From Mobula hypostoma (lineage: Eukaryota), in contig NC_086110.1 of assembly GCF_963921235.1 (NCBI RefSeq), forward strand, positions 13,206,001-13,270,000: DNA of 64,000 nucleotides, written 5' to 3'. Below the pieces are notes generated by a model. That model saw nothing but the letters and a program-made list of their open reading frames with translations, did not search any database and was not told the origin of the DNA. The position numbers and the translations under genes are program-made. The stretch's first letter is position 1. Each line of letters starts with the position of its first letter. Shown piece by piece: positions 12,570 through 25,535 of this stretch.

Positions 12570-12945
12570 AAACGTGGTTACCACAGCCGTTTTGGGAATA
12601 TCCTCAGAGCACACAAGCACCTGATGGGAGCACAGAACTAAGGCACTTTTGGCAAAATTTTACTTTCGGTTAAACGTGCCCGAATGTCTGTGACCGGATA
12701 ACGATCTTCGGTGGTCACCTTATTAAGGCGTCGGTAATCGCCACATGGGCGGCAACCACCATCGGACGTGGGTACCATATGGACAGGCAAGGCCCAAGGG
12801 CTATCCGACCGGCGTACAATGCCAACTCTTTCCACTTTGGCATATTCAGCCTTCGGGGTTGCCAGCCAGCTTTACTGGGTCCAGTCTACACACGCGGACG
12901 TGGGCTGGAGGGCCAGTTGTGGAAATGTGCTGCTTTACCCAATGT
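12570..12945 (-). mobile_element. Gypsy/Ty3 reverse transcriptase fragment
   Basis: ORF 12638-12835: GIVRRSDSPWALPVHMVPTSDGGCRPCGDYRRLNKVTTEDRYPV. Confidence 0.85.
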
Positions 12946-12954
12946 TTTGTAACT

Positions 12955-15515
12955 GTAATAGAAACATAGAAAACCTACAGCACAATACAGGCTCTTCGGC
13001 CTACAATGCTGTGCCGATCATGTACTTCTGAAATTACCTGGGGTTACCCATAGCCCTCTATTGTTCTAAGCTCTATGTACCTATCCAGGAGTCTCTTAAA
13101 ATATATTATCTTATCCGTCTCCACCACCGTCGCCGGCAGTCTATTCCACACACTCACCACTCCACTCTCTGCGTAAAAGGTTTACCGCTGACGTCTCCTC
13201 TGTACCTACTTCTAGGCATCTAAAACTGAGCCCCCTCGAGCCATTTCAGCTCTGGGATAAATCCTCTAACTATCCACACGATTAATGCCTCTCATCAACT
13301 TATACATCTGTATCAGGTCACCTCTCATCATCCGGCGCTCCAAGGAGAAACGGCCGAGTTCACTCAACCTATTCTCATAAGGAATTCTCCCCAATCCAGG
13401 CAACATCCTTTTGAATCTCTTCTGCACCCTTTCTATAGTTTCTACAATCTTCCTGCAGTGAGGTGACCAGAACTCAGCACAGTACACCAAGTGGAGTCTG
13501 ACCAGGGTCCTATATAACTGTAACATTACCTTTCGCTCTTAAACTCAATCTCATTGTTGATGACGACCAATGCACTGTATGCCTTCTTATCAACAGCAGC
13601 AGCATTGAGTGTCCAATGGACTCTTACCACAACATTCGTCTGAACCTCCACACTGCCAACAGTCTTACCATTAATACCTGTCATTATATTTGACCTTCCA
13701 AAATAAATCACCTCACATTTATCTGTGTTGAATCCATCTGCCACTTCTCGGCCAAGTTTTGTATCCTATCGATGTCCCGCTGTAACCTCTGATAGCCCTC
13801 CACATTATCCAGAGCACTCCCAATCTTTGTGTCATCAGCAACTTTATTAAAGCATCCTTCCACTTCCTCATCCATGTCATTTATAAACATTACGAAGAGC
13901 AGGGGTCCCAGAACAGATCCCTGAGGCACACCACTGGTCACGGACCCCCATGCAGGATATGACCTTTGCACAGCTACTCTGCCTTCTGTGGGCAAGCCAA
14001 TTCCTGATCCACAAAACAAGGTACCATTTGATCCTAGGCCTCCTTCCTTTCTCAGTAAGGCTTGCATGCGATACCTTATCAAAGAGGCAGGGAGGAGAAG
14101 ATGGCGGCGCGACGCAGCTCGCAGCGGCCACTCTGGTGGTAATGCCTGCTTTTGTCAGATAGGGTGCCGTACACAATCCTGACTTTGATGGAGACGGACG
14201 TGAGACACGGAGGAACATCTGGTGAAACTTCTGAAATGCATGATTTGCTGTTGTTCCTACTGTGTGGTCCAAAATCTCAGGACGGGAAGGGCCCGAGTCC
14301 TCGGCTTTGCTTGTTGTTCGGCGACCGGGGCGGTGTCGAATCACTCGGTAGAGGATGGTGCTCGGAGCGGCTGTGTCGGAGAAGCTGGTCGGAGGCTCGA
14401 AGTTTTCGGACCGGGTCAGAGTCTATTGCGGTCGGGTGCTTCCAATGGTGCTGCAGCGGCAAGTTTGCGGCGCTTGGAGGTTCACAGGAGGGAGAGGTTC
14501 TCCCTTCTGCTGCCTGTGCGACATGATGAGGCTTTCGGGACTTTTAGGCTTTTTTGCCGTGCCCATGGTCTGCTCTTTATCAAATTATGGTATTGCTTTG
14601 CACTGTTGTAATTATATGTTATAATTATGTGGTTTTGTCAATTTTAGTCTTGGTTTGTCCTGTGTTTTCTTGTGATATCATTCTGGAGGAACGTTGTATA
14701 ATTTTTTGGTGCATGCATTTCTAAATGACAATAAACGAAGACAGAGTGTCCTCATTATCTCAATGCCTTGCTGAAATACATACAGACTACATCTATTGCT
14801 CTACCTTCATAAGCGTTTAGTCACATCCTCCAGAAAATTAAATCTGGCTCGTAAGTCACGACTTGCCTTTGGGCAAGCCATACTGATTATTTCTAATCAT
14901 ATTATGCCTCTCCAAATATTCATAAATCATGCCTCTCAGGATCGTTCCCATTAATTTACCAACCACTGTCGTAAGACTGACTGGTCTACTCCATTTCTTC
15001 AATAATACAACAACATCTGCAACCCTCGAATGCTCTGGAAACTCTCCAGTCCCCATCGACGATGCAACGATCATTGCCAGAGGCTCGGCAATCTCTTACT
15101 TCGCCTCCCACAGTACCCTGGGGTACATCACGTCCGCTTCCGGAGACTTACCTGACTTGATGCTTTCCAAAAGTTCCAGCTCATCCTTTTTCTTAATGTC
15201 TATATGCTCAAGCTTTTCAATCCACTGTAAGTCATCCCTGTAATCGTCATGATACTTTTTCGTAGTAAATACTAAAGCAAAGTATTCATTAAGAACCTCC
15301 GCTTTCTGCACCAGTTCCATACACACTTCTCCACTGTCACACTTGGTTGGTCCAATTCTCCTCCGTCTTATCCTCTTGCTCTTCACATACTTGTAGAATG
15401 CCTTGGGATTTTCTTTAATCTTGCTCACCAAGGCCATCTCATGGCCACTTCTGGCTATCGTAATTTGATTCCCAAGGTCCTTCTTGCTAGCCTCACAATC
15501 TTCTAGATCTCTATC
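12955..15515 (-). mobile_element. CR1 LINE, 5'-truncated and degenerate, interrupted at 14081-14765
   Basis: Minus ORFs with [31 protein letters not shown]; tail at ~12960. Confidence 0.9.
14081..14765 (+). mobile_element. Unclassified ~0.7-kb retroposon, copy 2, nested in CR1
   Basis: CR1 sequence resumes on the far side (CCTTATCAAA | ... | TGCCTTGCTGAAAT); homologous to 24841-25535. Confidence 0.8.
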
Positions 15516-15593
15516 ATTAGGATTAGGTAATAGGTTTTTTGAACTTATTGAGACGGTGTCCTGAATTACTCCGATGAACTGTGCTTTTTAAAA

Positions 15594-15601
15594 CAGAGAG
15601 A

Positions 15602-15647
<46 letters not shown>

Positions 15648-15680
15648 TAGATAGATAGAGAGAGAGAGACAGAGACAGAG
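15594..15680 (+). repeat. (GA)n microsatellite inside the LTR
   Basis: Directly visible. Confidence 0.95.
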
Positions 15681-16297
15681 GCGAAGACAGCTCAGAGTTT
15701 GTTTATACTTTCTACAAGGACGTTCCCTGCTTGTAAGTTCTTACAGAGAGAGAAGGGAAGGAGATACTTGAGACACAGTTGCTATTCAGAAAGGTGAGAT
15801 AAATAAAAGGTCAAAAGATAGACCGACAGTCACATGGTTTTGGACACTGAATGAGCTTTGTTGTGCCCACAGAAAAGGCGGGCTTTGGAGAATCGATCAG
15901 GCGGGTCGCCAGTGGCTCTCGCAGTAAAAAGAACGGTCCCTTTGTTTCTGGTCGCAGTCGGTGACTTCTAAAAGAATTCGGAGGTCAACGGGAAGATTGA
16001 CGGCGTCAGCTTACTTGAAGACTCAAATCTCTCCCTCTCTCAATACCATGAACTGACCTGAACTTTACTCATCATCGTAAGACTATCTATTTACCCCTAG
16101 ACTTGAAGAAGCTTGGTTTTCATATATTTGAACCCTTACTAATATATGTAATCATTGCTAACCTATTTGATATATCTGCATTTAAATTACTGTATTGTGT
16201 AGTTACTAATAAATGCCATTAGTTAATAGCAATAATGGACTCCAAATGTTTTCTATTTCTGCTGGTTCTTTATCCCGCACCGGGTACATGACAAAAT

Positions 16298-16316
16298 TGG
16301 GGGCTGCGTCCGTGAT
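16298..16316 (+). other. Primer-binding site, tRNA-Pro type
   Basis: TGGGGGCTGCGTCCGTGAT, 4 nt after the LTR end; differs from TGGGGGCTCGTCCGGGAT by one insertion and one substitution. Confidence 0.7.
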
Positions 16317-19277
16317 ACGAACAAATTGGTTGGGGGCCTGTTTGGTTTGATTGGGGAAAATTCGTTTTGATTTGGGTGTGTGGAAAAAGAGCAGAAATGG
16401 ATGTTAGGAAGTTTCTGAGATCGCCAGACCCAGTGACTTTGAAGGAAGCTGAAAAGGATGATGTGCGGGAAGTTGCTAACAAATTGAGAATTGAGGTAAA
16501 GAAGGGCATGACGAAGGTAGAAATTCAAAGGAAAATAGCTGAATGTTATGTCTCTATACAGGAATTTGATGGAGTTAAAGAGGTTTCCTATAGGGAAAGA
16601 GGAGGTCCAGGTACAATTGGAACAGATGTAGTTCGAGAGATTTAAATTAGAGATCGAGGAAGCAAAGAAACAGAGAGAAGAGGCAGACAAACAGAGAGCG
16701 TTCGAGAAGGAGAAATGGCAACGTGAAGATCAAGTGGTAAACCGTGGTGAGGGGTTTAGCGTCAGAGAGGAATTAAGTTAGTACCTCCATTTGATGAAGC
16801 AGAAATTGATAGGTTATTTCCCACATTTCGAGAAAGTGACCCATAATCGGAATTGGCCGAGGGATCAGCGGGCTTTTCTACTACAGAGTGTGATTAGGGG
16901 GAAGGCTCAGCAAGCATATACTGCCCTGTCTCTTGAAGACGCAGATGATTATGATGCAGTGAAAGACGATGTGCTTAATGTTCATGAGCTAGCTCCAGAG
17001 GCGTACCGACAAATGTTTCGAGGTTTGAGGAAGCCTTGGAACCAAACGTGTGTGGAGTGTGCCGAATGAGAAACGTGTGCACTTTCATCGTTGGTGTGCT
17101 TCAAAAGAAGCGGATGAGGATATTGACAACTCGAAAGAGTTGATGTTGATTGAAGAGTTTAAGAACTGCGTCTTGGCTGAAATAAGGATGCACTTAGATG
17201 AGAAAACGGCAGCGACACTATCAGAGTCTGCTTGTGATTTCCACACTTACTTATATATATATAATCATCGCTAACCTATTCGATATATCTGCAATTATAT
17301 TATTGTATTGCGTAGTTACTAATAAATACCATTAGTTAATAGCAATACTGGACTCCAAATTGTTTTCCATTTCTGCTGGTTCTTTAACCCGTCACGGGGT
17401 AGGTGACATTATCGTAAGTAATAATTTGAAGTAATGATTTTCTTCATTGATTCAGCCTTTTAACTTAGAAGACCAAACTCATAACAGCAATTCGCTGGAG
17501 ATTTCTCGAAAGCAACTGAATAGTTACATTGTAAATCTGACTAATACCGATATGAAGAAAAGAAAATCTACAGATGCTAGAAATTGAAGCAATGCAGACA
17601 AAATGATGTAGAAATTCAGCTTACTGATATGAGCTGAAGACGAAAAAGAAAGTATGGCCTGAAAATGTGATTGGATCAGCCATGATCGATAGGGAGGTTC
17701 TTAGTCCCGTTAAGCTTCCCTGTTATTTGTGGATATGCAGAGGAACGAATGGAAAACAGAAAATGACGATCATAGCGATCCAGGAGAGAGTTGAATCAAA
17801 AAAAAGCAGTATTATGGTAGTCTCTAAACTGCTTCGAGTAGTCGATATTGTGCACTGTACCATTCTCAGTTCGTGATCTTGGAGTATACGTGCAAATAAC
17901 ATTCTAAATATTTATGAGTGGGCTGCGGACGCGGGAAGCATCTGGTGAAATGCTGGGGACACTAGTAATATCTCACAGGAACGAGAGTTGTTTGTTCATG
18001 TGTGTAAAAGAATTGGATTCCCCACTGGTGAAATAATCTGACTTCTTCAGTCTTTGCTGCTTCAATCTGTCACGTACAACCGCATGGATCGCAGTAAATC
18101 TTTCCCCTTTAACTGCCTATCACTTCCTTACCAGGATCCACCGAGAACTCTCCAACTCTTACTCCACTGTTTCACGACCTTTTAATACTGGCTAACTCTC
18201 CTCTTTCTTTTCATTCCTGAAGGAGTCTAGACCAGAAAAGTCGACCTTCCACTTCGCTCCATAGATGCTGCTAGACCCAATTTAGGCAGGCTTCGCTGTA
18301 CTCCTTCCAAGAAAATGTTCAAAATAGTTCGCAAGTGTGGCTAAACCAATTCATTGCACCTTGCTGCAGCATGTCTTTCTGGTCATACACCAAGTTCTTT
18401 TCAATCGACGTTAGCATTTTGCGGCATATATCTAGCTTCATATTCTACCTATATCTTTTGCAAACCACAAAATTACATACCGAGTTTGTTGTTGTAGGTG
18501 AAACCATATTCACACTTTCTCTCCTCAGTTCCGACGTACTCGTGTTCGTTATCGCCCCCTCCTGCTTCCATCCATTCAGCGCACACACATTTCACACAAG
18601 GTCTTCCCCACCCACACCTGCCGCTAGTTTCATCTGCCTTTCACTTTATTCTAATGGCTCGCTTTCATTTATATGTTGGATTGCAGCACTGATAGCCTTG
18701 GTGTTCCTGTTTATCGCCCTCCAGAATCTGTATCTAGCATCACCACCCAACCATCGTTGCACCCGATGTGCCTCAGCAGATGAATGTTCTTCGAAAAGGC
18801 GTACTCATCTCGCGGATCATTTAAACCTCCGGAGATCAGGAGCTTTATGGATTATGGTAGAGTAAGAAACAGATTAAAATTCCATATTCGATTAGTATTA
18901 AGTGGCCTAACAAAATAGATATGTAAATAGGATAACGGTTCAGCTTGCTGACAATTGAATATGGCATGCTAGAAATATGTGCAAGGAGTTATGTTTCTGG
19001 AGACGCAAGTTGAAACCCCACATCCGTGAATCATGAATCCAAGTATTTAAATTAACATATTAAAATTTTAAATGAGTGTATTCGTGTGCACCTGGATATT
19101 TTCCTTTTTTATTCCCACTGCCCATTTGAAACGCAACCAGTTTATATCATTATGTTCCATTCTTTTGAATTTTCACATCCTTTCAAAGCTGATATCTGTC
19201 AACTTTCTGTCTGCAATTCGGAAATGCGAATGATTGCATGCGAGCTTTTGCAAGTTTTCTATAAAAAGATGATCGGT

Positions 19278-19814
19278 ATAGAACATAGAATAGTACAGCA
19301 CATTACAGGGCCTTCAGCCCACATTGTTGTGCCGATGCTCAAACCCTGCCTCCCATATAACGCCCCACCTTAAATTCCTCCATATACTGTCTAGTAGTCT
19401 CTTAAACTTCAGTAGTGTATCTGCCTCCACCACTGACTCAGGCAGTGCATTCCACGCACCAACCACTCTCTGAGTAAAAAACCTTCCTCTAATATCCCCC
19501 TTGAACTTCCCACCTCTTACCTTAAAGGCATGTCATCTTGTATTCAGCAGTAGTGCCCTGGGGAAGAGGCGCTGGCTATCCACTCTATCTATTCCTCTTA
19601 ATATCTTGTACACCTCTATAATGTCTCTTCTCATCCTCCTTCTCTCCGAAGTGTAAAGCCCTAGCTCCCTTACTCTCTGATCATAATGCATACTCTCTAA
19701 ACCAGGCAGCATCTTGGTAAACCTTCTCTGTACCCTTTCCAATGCTTCCACATCCTTCCTATAGTGAGGCGATAGGAACTGGACACAGTACTCCAAGTGT
19801 GGCCTAACCAGAGT
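19278..19814 (-). mobile_element. CR1 3' fragment
   Basis: ORF 19533-19796: EYCVQFLSPHYRKDVEALERVQRRFT. Confidence 0.9.
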
Positions 19815-20889
19815 TAGGCCTTTCTGCTTACTTAAATGAGGAACTACTTGTAAAAAAAAATGAACGATGATTTCCGCTTATCCTGATAATTCAGCCCTCG
19901 GGATTTTGGTATCACTTTTAAATGTATTAGACTACATCTTCCAAAGTGATGGTAGTATAAATCATGTCAAAATTCGCAGATTACATGAAACAGTATCCGT
20001 TTCGGGTCACTGAGTATTAGTTTGTTATTTGATGACTTTAACGTGTTCCTAACGAAGACGAGTTGGAAAATACATCTGAGAATTTGTTGAAAGTCCTGCC
20101 CCATCGCTGAACCAGAATAATTTTTCTTTCATACGGACTCGCAGAAAGACGTGACAAATTTGTACAAGGGCTTTAATTCTCAAAAAGAAAGTGCAGGAGC
20201 ACCTGGAATTAGACGTACCTTACTCGCAGGAACTGAACAAAAATCATTGTACATTACAGAAGGTGAAATGAGAAGAAGATACTGCAGTGAAGAGGTTTTT
20301 GAATGGACACAGGAATGTGCAGTGACTTGTGAGATACAGATCATACGCAGCTAGTAAAGAGTTAGTTTGATTTGTCATCGTGTTCGTGACAGACAGCTTT
20401 GCCGAAGGTCGAAATCGTGTGCTGTACCCGTCCATCGTACATTGAAAGCAGTGTTAATGGGGTAAGGAGCAGGTAGGAAAATGGCATGATGAGACATTAT
20501 GAGCTATCTTTTAACCAAAATATTTCCAGACGAATGAAAGGGGAAGGGAGGTCATGCCTTCATTTGTTTAGCTCATATGTAGCGAGGTCGTTCATGGAAA
20601 GAAGGGTAATAACCGAAACTAGCACTGCCGATGTTTGTAAGTCGAAATTAAGCAGAAAACTTTGGGAATCCTAGGCCAGTCAGGGACCTTCTGTGAACAG
20701 GCGAAAATTATCAACGAAGTGTTATCACGATTACTCTCTCAGCCAATGGTGCCTGGCGTTCTGGGATATTCCCGTCACTTCTGCCCAATAGTATAAACAA
20801 TAGCTTTAATTTTGCAGTCAGGGTAACTCCAACACAGCTCCCTATTATTTTAATAAAATAATAATCAAAATTTCGTTGAAATATTTATG

Positions 20890-21305
20890 CTATCACGAGA
20901 GGCTGGATACATTTGGGTTGTTTTCTTTGGCGCTTCGGAGGCTGAGGGGAGATCTGATAGAGATTTATAAGATTATGAAAGGCATAGATTGAGTTGATCT
21001 GTTACCCAGAGTTGAAATGTCTAATACAAGAGGACATACATTGACGGTGACATTGAAAAGGTTCAAGGGGGTTGTTAGGGGCAAGTCTTTTGCTTAGAGA
21101 GTTGAGGTTACCTGGCATACCCTGCCTGGTATGGTGATAGCGGCAAGTACAATACAATCTTTTAATAGACATTTGGATAGGCATATGGATGTAACGAAGG
21201 ACATGGATCAGGTGGGTGTGGTTAGTGATTGTGTGTTTTGATTTGCTTTTTAGCTGGTTTGGTGCAGCATTATGGGTCGAATGGCCTGTTGCTGTGCTGT
21301 TCTCT
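20890..21305 (+). mobile_element. CR1 3' fragment, degenerate
   Basis: RRLRGDLIEIYKIMKG codons at ~20935-20985. Confidence 0.75.
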
Positions 21306-22704
21306 TTTAGAAAGACATTGTTGAAAACATTTGGGAATAGCCATCCAATGAAGGTCGGGACGTAGAATGGCGCGACGTTTCAATGGATTATCTCGTGGAA
21401 TGGACAAAAGTTTCTAACAAATTACAAATCTGGATTCACAGTCAGCCCGTATGCCTAACCAGAGCTGTGCTTAACAGTTGGAAACATCTTGATTTTTCGG
21501 ACATTATCAGAAATATTCAAGTATTTGAAAATTATAAACCGATAAATTAAATACCTAAAAAACACAAATTCATCTGACGGACAGTAACCAAGTTAAAAAT
21601 GTAATTAAATCTTGTTTTGTTGAAATGGTCTTTACAATATTAAATGCAGTTTAATCCCGATCCGCAACAAAGATCCACACAGCAGTGCATAACCTGCAAT
21701 GGAATCGAATATAATTGTAATCAAACCTTGTAGTACTGTATGTGGTGAACAATGATAACCACATGTTAAACGAAACTCCACAAGGCACCTTCTTGTCCAC
21801 GATGCTACACTGAATAGATATCATCATGAATTTGGGAAGCCGAGCCTAAAACGGATAAAAGTATTGTCGACTCCCATTTGGATTCAAACCAGAAAATAAT
21901 CTGTAGTCACTGACGGATTTTGGAAATGGAACCAGTTGACATTCCATACTGAAGACCCTTCCGCAGATTGCAACGTAAACGTTAATTATTTCTCTTTAAC
22001 TGGTGGTTCCTGATCTACTAAAAATTTGTGTGTTCTATGTCACTGTTTTGTTTCATGTTTCCTGCACTACAGTGTTATTATTTTTTTTCCCTACCTGGAT
22101 TCATTCTCCTGATAACATTTGTCTTCTTGGGTTTCATTAATCACTTTCCCCAGTTTAACGCATTTAGTTTTAATTTTACCTAACGACCTTAGGTGCAAAT
22201 GAAGCGATAGCAGCAACTAGACTAAGGTAGTCATACATACATCACTGATTTCATTATAGTAGAGAGCCGCTGAAACTTCTACCAGTGCTCATAACACCTC
22301 CAGAAATGTAAGGCTACTTCTTCGAGTAATATCTAAGTTAAAGTTGAAGCGTTCATGATTAAATTTTTACTATTATTTTATTACTCTGGAATGCTATGCC
22401 ATTATTTCAGCAAAACAAACGCCATTTTTACCATTTACTGTAGCGACTACGTCCATGTTCTCTACCTACTTCGATCGTAATTTAAATGATTTTCCAGCAA
22501 AACCAATCAAATCAACGGAGGCCCAGGATGCCGCTCCCGTGTTTCGGGTTGAGTTAAGCGAGACTTAGTATCGGGACTTGCCAGTTGCTCCAATATCCTT
22601 AACTTAAATAATGTGAGTGGTAAGGGGCACAGGCTCAGTATGCACCGTAGGGACAAACTCTGGTCGCGACAATGATTATAATAACAGAGAACCTCATCCT
22701 ATTC

Positions 22705-23650
22705 ATAGGACTGTTATAAGCGGTGATTTGAAAATCACCGCAACTTTTCGCAACTCGCCACATTCAACATGACCCCACCACTAAGCACATCTTTCCCTCT
22801 CCACCCTCTCTGCTTTCCGCCGGGACCACTCCCTCCGCGACTCCCTGGTCCACACGTCCCTCTCCATGGATTTCCCACCCGGCACTTATCCCTGGAAGCC
22901 GACGTGCTACACCTGTCCTTACACCTCCCCTCTTGCCGCAATTCAGGGCCCCAAACAGTCCTTCCAGGTGAGGCAACACTTCACTTGTGAGTCTGTTGTG
23001 GTCATCTATTGCATCCGGTGCTCCTGGTGCGGCCTCTCTACATTGGTGAAACCCGACGCAGACTGCGGGACCGCTTTGTCGAGCACCTCCGCTCCATCCG
23101 CCACAACAGACAGTATCTCAGTTGCCAGCCACTTCAACTCTGCTTCACGTTGCCATTCGGTTATGTCCATACATGGCCTTCTCCACTGCCGTGATGAGGC
23201 TAAACTCAGACTGGAGGAGCAACACCTCAGATACCGCCTGGGTAGTCTCCAGCCCCTTGGTATGAACATTGAATTCTCCAACTTCCGGCAATTCCCTCCC
23301 CCTTCTGTCCCCCATCCCAGTTTCACTCTGACCCCTCCCCCAGCTGCCTATCAGCTCCCTCATGGTTCCTTCTCCTTCTACTACCTATTGTGCATTCCCT
23401 TATACCTTCGTTACCTTTCCTACCTATTCCCTCCCTGCTTCGCCTCCCCAACCCCTTTATCTTTCCCCTTACTGGTTTATCGCCTGGCACCTAGCAGCCT
23501 TCTCCTTCCCACTTTCCACCTTCCCACCTTATTTAGAGGGCCTCTGCCCCTTCCCTCTTCAGTCCTGATGAAGAGTTCCGTTGTGAAACTTTGACTGATC
23601 CTTTCCACGGATGCTGCCCGACCTGCTGAGTTCATCCAGCGTTGCTTTGC
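22705..23650 (+). mobile_element. Penelope-like element 3' part (GIY-YIG endonuclease + pLTR)
   Basis: ORFs 22866-23594 and 23009-23194: VIYCIRC, LYIGETRRRL, GMNIEFSNFR. Confidence 0.9.
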
Positions 23651-23777
23651 TTTGAAAATCTAAACATAAAGACTTCCAGCCTGAAACCGTCGAGATCCCA
23701 TCTCCGGTATAATGTATGGACTTTTTTATTGTGCGCAGACAAAATGTTAATCCAACAATTTGTTTATCCTTGTTGTC

Positions 23778-24483
23778 CTCTGACCCCTGTTTCCATCCAG
23801 GGGGTCAGTGTGGACATGGTGGAGGACTGCAAATACCTGGAGATACGAATTGACAATAAACTGGACTGGTCAAAGAACACTGAGGCTGTCTACAAGAAGG
23901 GTCAGAGCCGTCTCTATTTCCTGAGGAAACGGAGGTCCTTTAACATCTGTCGGACGATGCTGAGGATGTTCTACGAGTCTGTGGTGGCCAGTGTTATCAT
24001 GTTTGCTGTTGTGTGCTGGGGCAGCAGACTGAGGATAGCAGACACCAACAGAATCAACAAACTCATTCATAAGGCCAGGGATGTTGTGGGGATGGAACTG
24101 GACTCTCTCGCGGTGGTATCTGAAAAGCCGATGCTGTCTAAGTTGCATGACATCTTGGTCATAGTCTCCCATCCGCTACATAATGTACTAGGTGGACACA
24201 GGAGTACATTCAGCCAGATACTCATTCCACCGAGATGCAATACAGAGCGTCATAGGAAGTCATTCCTGCCTGTGGCCATCAAACTTTAAAACTTCTCCCT
24301 GGCACGGTCAGGCACCCTGAGCCAATAGGTTGGTCCTGGACTTATTTCATAATTTACTGGCATAATTTACATATTACTATTTAACTATTTATGGTTCTAT
24401 TACTATTTATTATTTATGGTGCAACTGTAACGAAAACCAGTTTCCGCCGGGATCAATGACGTATGAATATGACTATGACTATG
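23778..24483 (+). mobile_element. Rex1/Babar non-LTR retrotransposon 3' fragment
   Basis: RLYFLRK, MFYESVVASV, SHPLH, RKSFLPVAIKL; (ATGACT)n tail; smaller pieces at ~26800-27125 and ~51590-51745. Confidence 0.85.
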
Positions 24484-24840
24484 GTTTAGGTTTTACAACT
24501 CTAAGTTAGTTTATGATCACTTCGCTAACCTGAACCACAGGGAGAGCAAACCATTTCGCAAAGATCGACAACAGGTGGACCGCGTTATCTATTCCCAGAT
24601 AAAGCAGAGAGATTAGGGTGAATATGATACAGATTTTAATTAGAGATATACCACGGTAACAGACCCTTCCGGTGCATCTAGTCCTTGCCGCTCAGTCACA
24701 CCCATGTGACTAATTGACCTCCTAACCTGAACGTCTATTGAATGTGGGAGGAAATCGGAGTACCCCAGGAGGCTCATGTTTATATATATAATCATCATCC
24801 AAGAGGAAATTAGTTTTACAAAATTGAGGATACCGAACGT

Positions 24841-25535
24841 GAGGAGAAGATGGCGACACGACGCAGCTCGCAGCGGCTTCTATGGTGGTGATGTCTGTTA
24901 TTTATCAAGTAGGGTGCCGTGCACAATCTTGATTTGATAGAGAGGGACATGAAAGCACGGAGGAACATCTGGTGAGACTTCTGAAATGTCTGCTTCGCTG
25001 CTGCTGCTACTGCGTGGTCCGAAATCTTCGGAGGGGAGGGCCCCGAGTCCTCGGCTTTCCTTGTTGCTTCGTGGCTGGTGTGCGGTCGAAGGGCTCGGCA
25101 GAGAATTGTGCTTCGTGCTCAGTGCTCGGTGTCGAAGGGCTGGTCGGAGGCTCGAAGTTTTCGGACGGACTCCTGAGTCCGCTGCGGTCGGGTGCATCTA
25201 ATGGTGCTGCATCGGCAAGTTTGCGGCGCCTGGAGGTTCATGGCCGTGAGAGTTTCTCCCTTCTACCGTCTGCGTGAGATGGTGAGGCTGTCGGGACTTT
25301 GAGACTTCTTTTTTTTTACCGTGCCCATGGTCTACTCTTTATCAAATTACCGTATTGCTTTGCACTGTTGTAACTATATGTTGTAATTATGTGGTTTTGT
25401 CAGTTTTATTCTTGGTTTGTCCTGTGTTTCTTGTGATATCATTCTGGAGGTACATTGTGTCATTTTTTAATTAATGCATTTCTACACGACAATAAACGAG
25501 GACTGAATGTCCTCATAATCTAATGTAATCTAATA
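24841..25535 (+). mobile_element. Unclassified ~0.7-kb retroposon, copy 3
   Basis: GAGGAGAAGATGGCG start; AATAAA then TAATCTAATGTAATCTAAT tail. Confidence 0.8.

Larger units (their letters stand above)
15516..17408 (+). mobile_element. Internally deleted Gmr1-like Gypsy retrotransposon (LTR-PBS-gag-partial LTR)
   Basis: LTR ends TGACA at 16293; similar partial LTR at ~17230-17408; frameshifted gag with LQSVIRGKAQQAY, PEAYRQMFR, EEFK (SCAN-like). Confidence 0.8.

Noticed and set aside
20145-20354. Exon candidate KDVTNLYKGF... as a tail exon of the middle unit
   Set aside because: Reasonable acceptor, but no canonical ITIM or ITAM and no homology to gene A or B exons.
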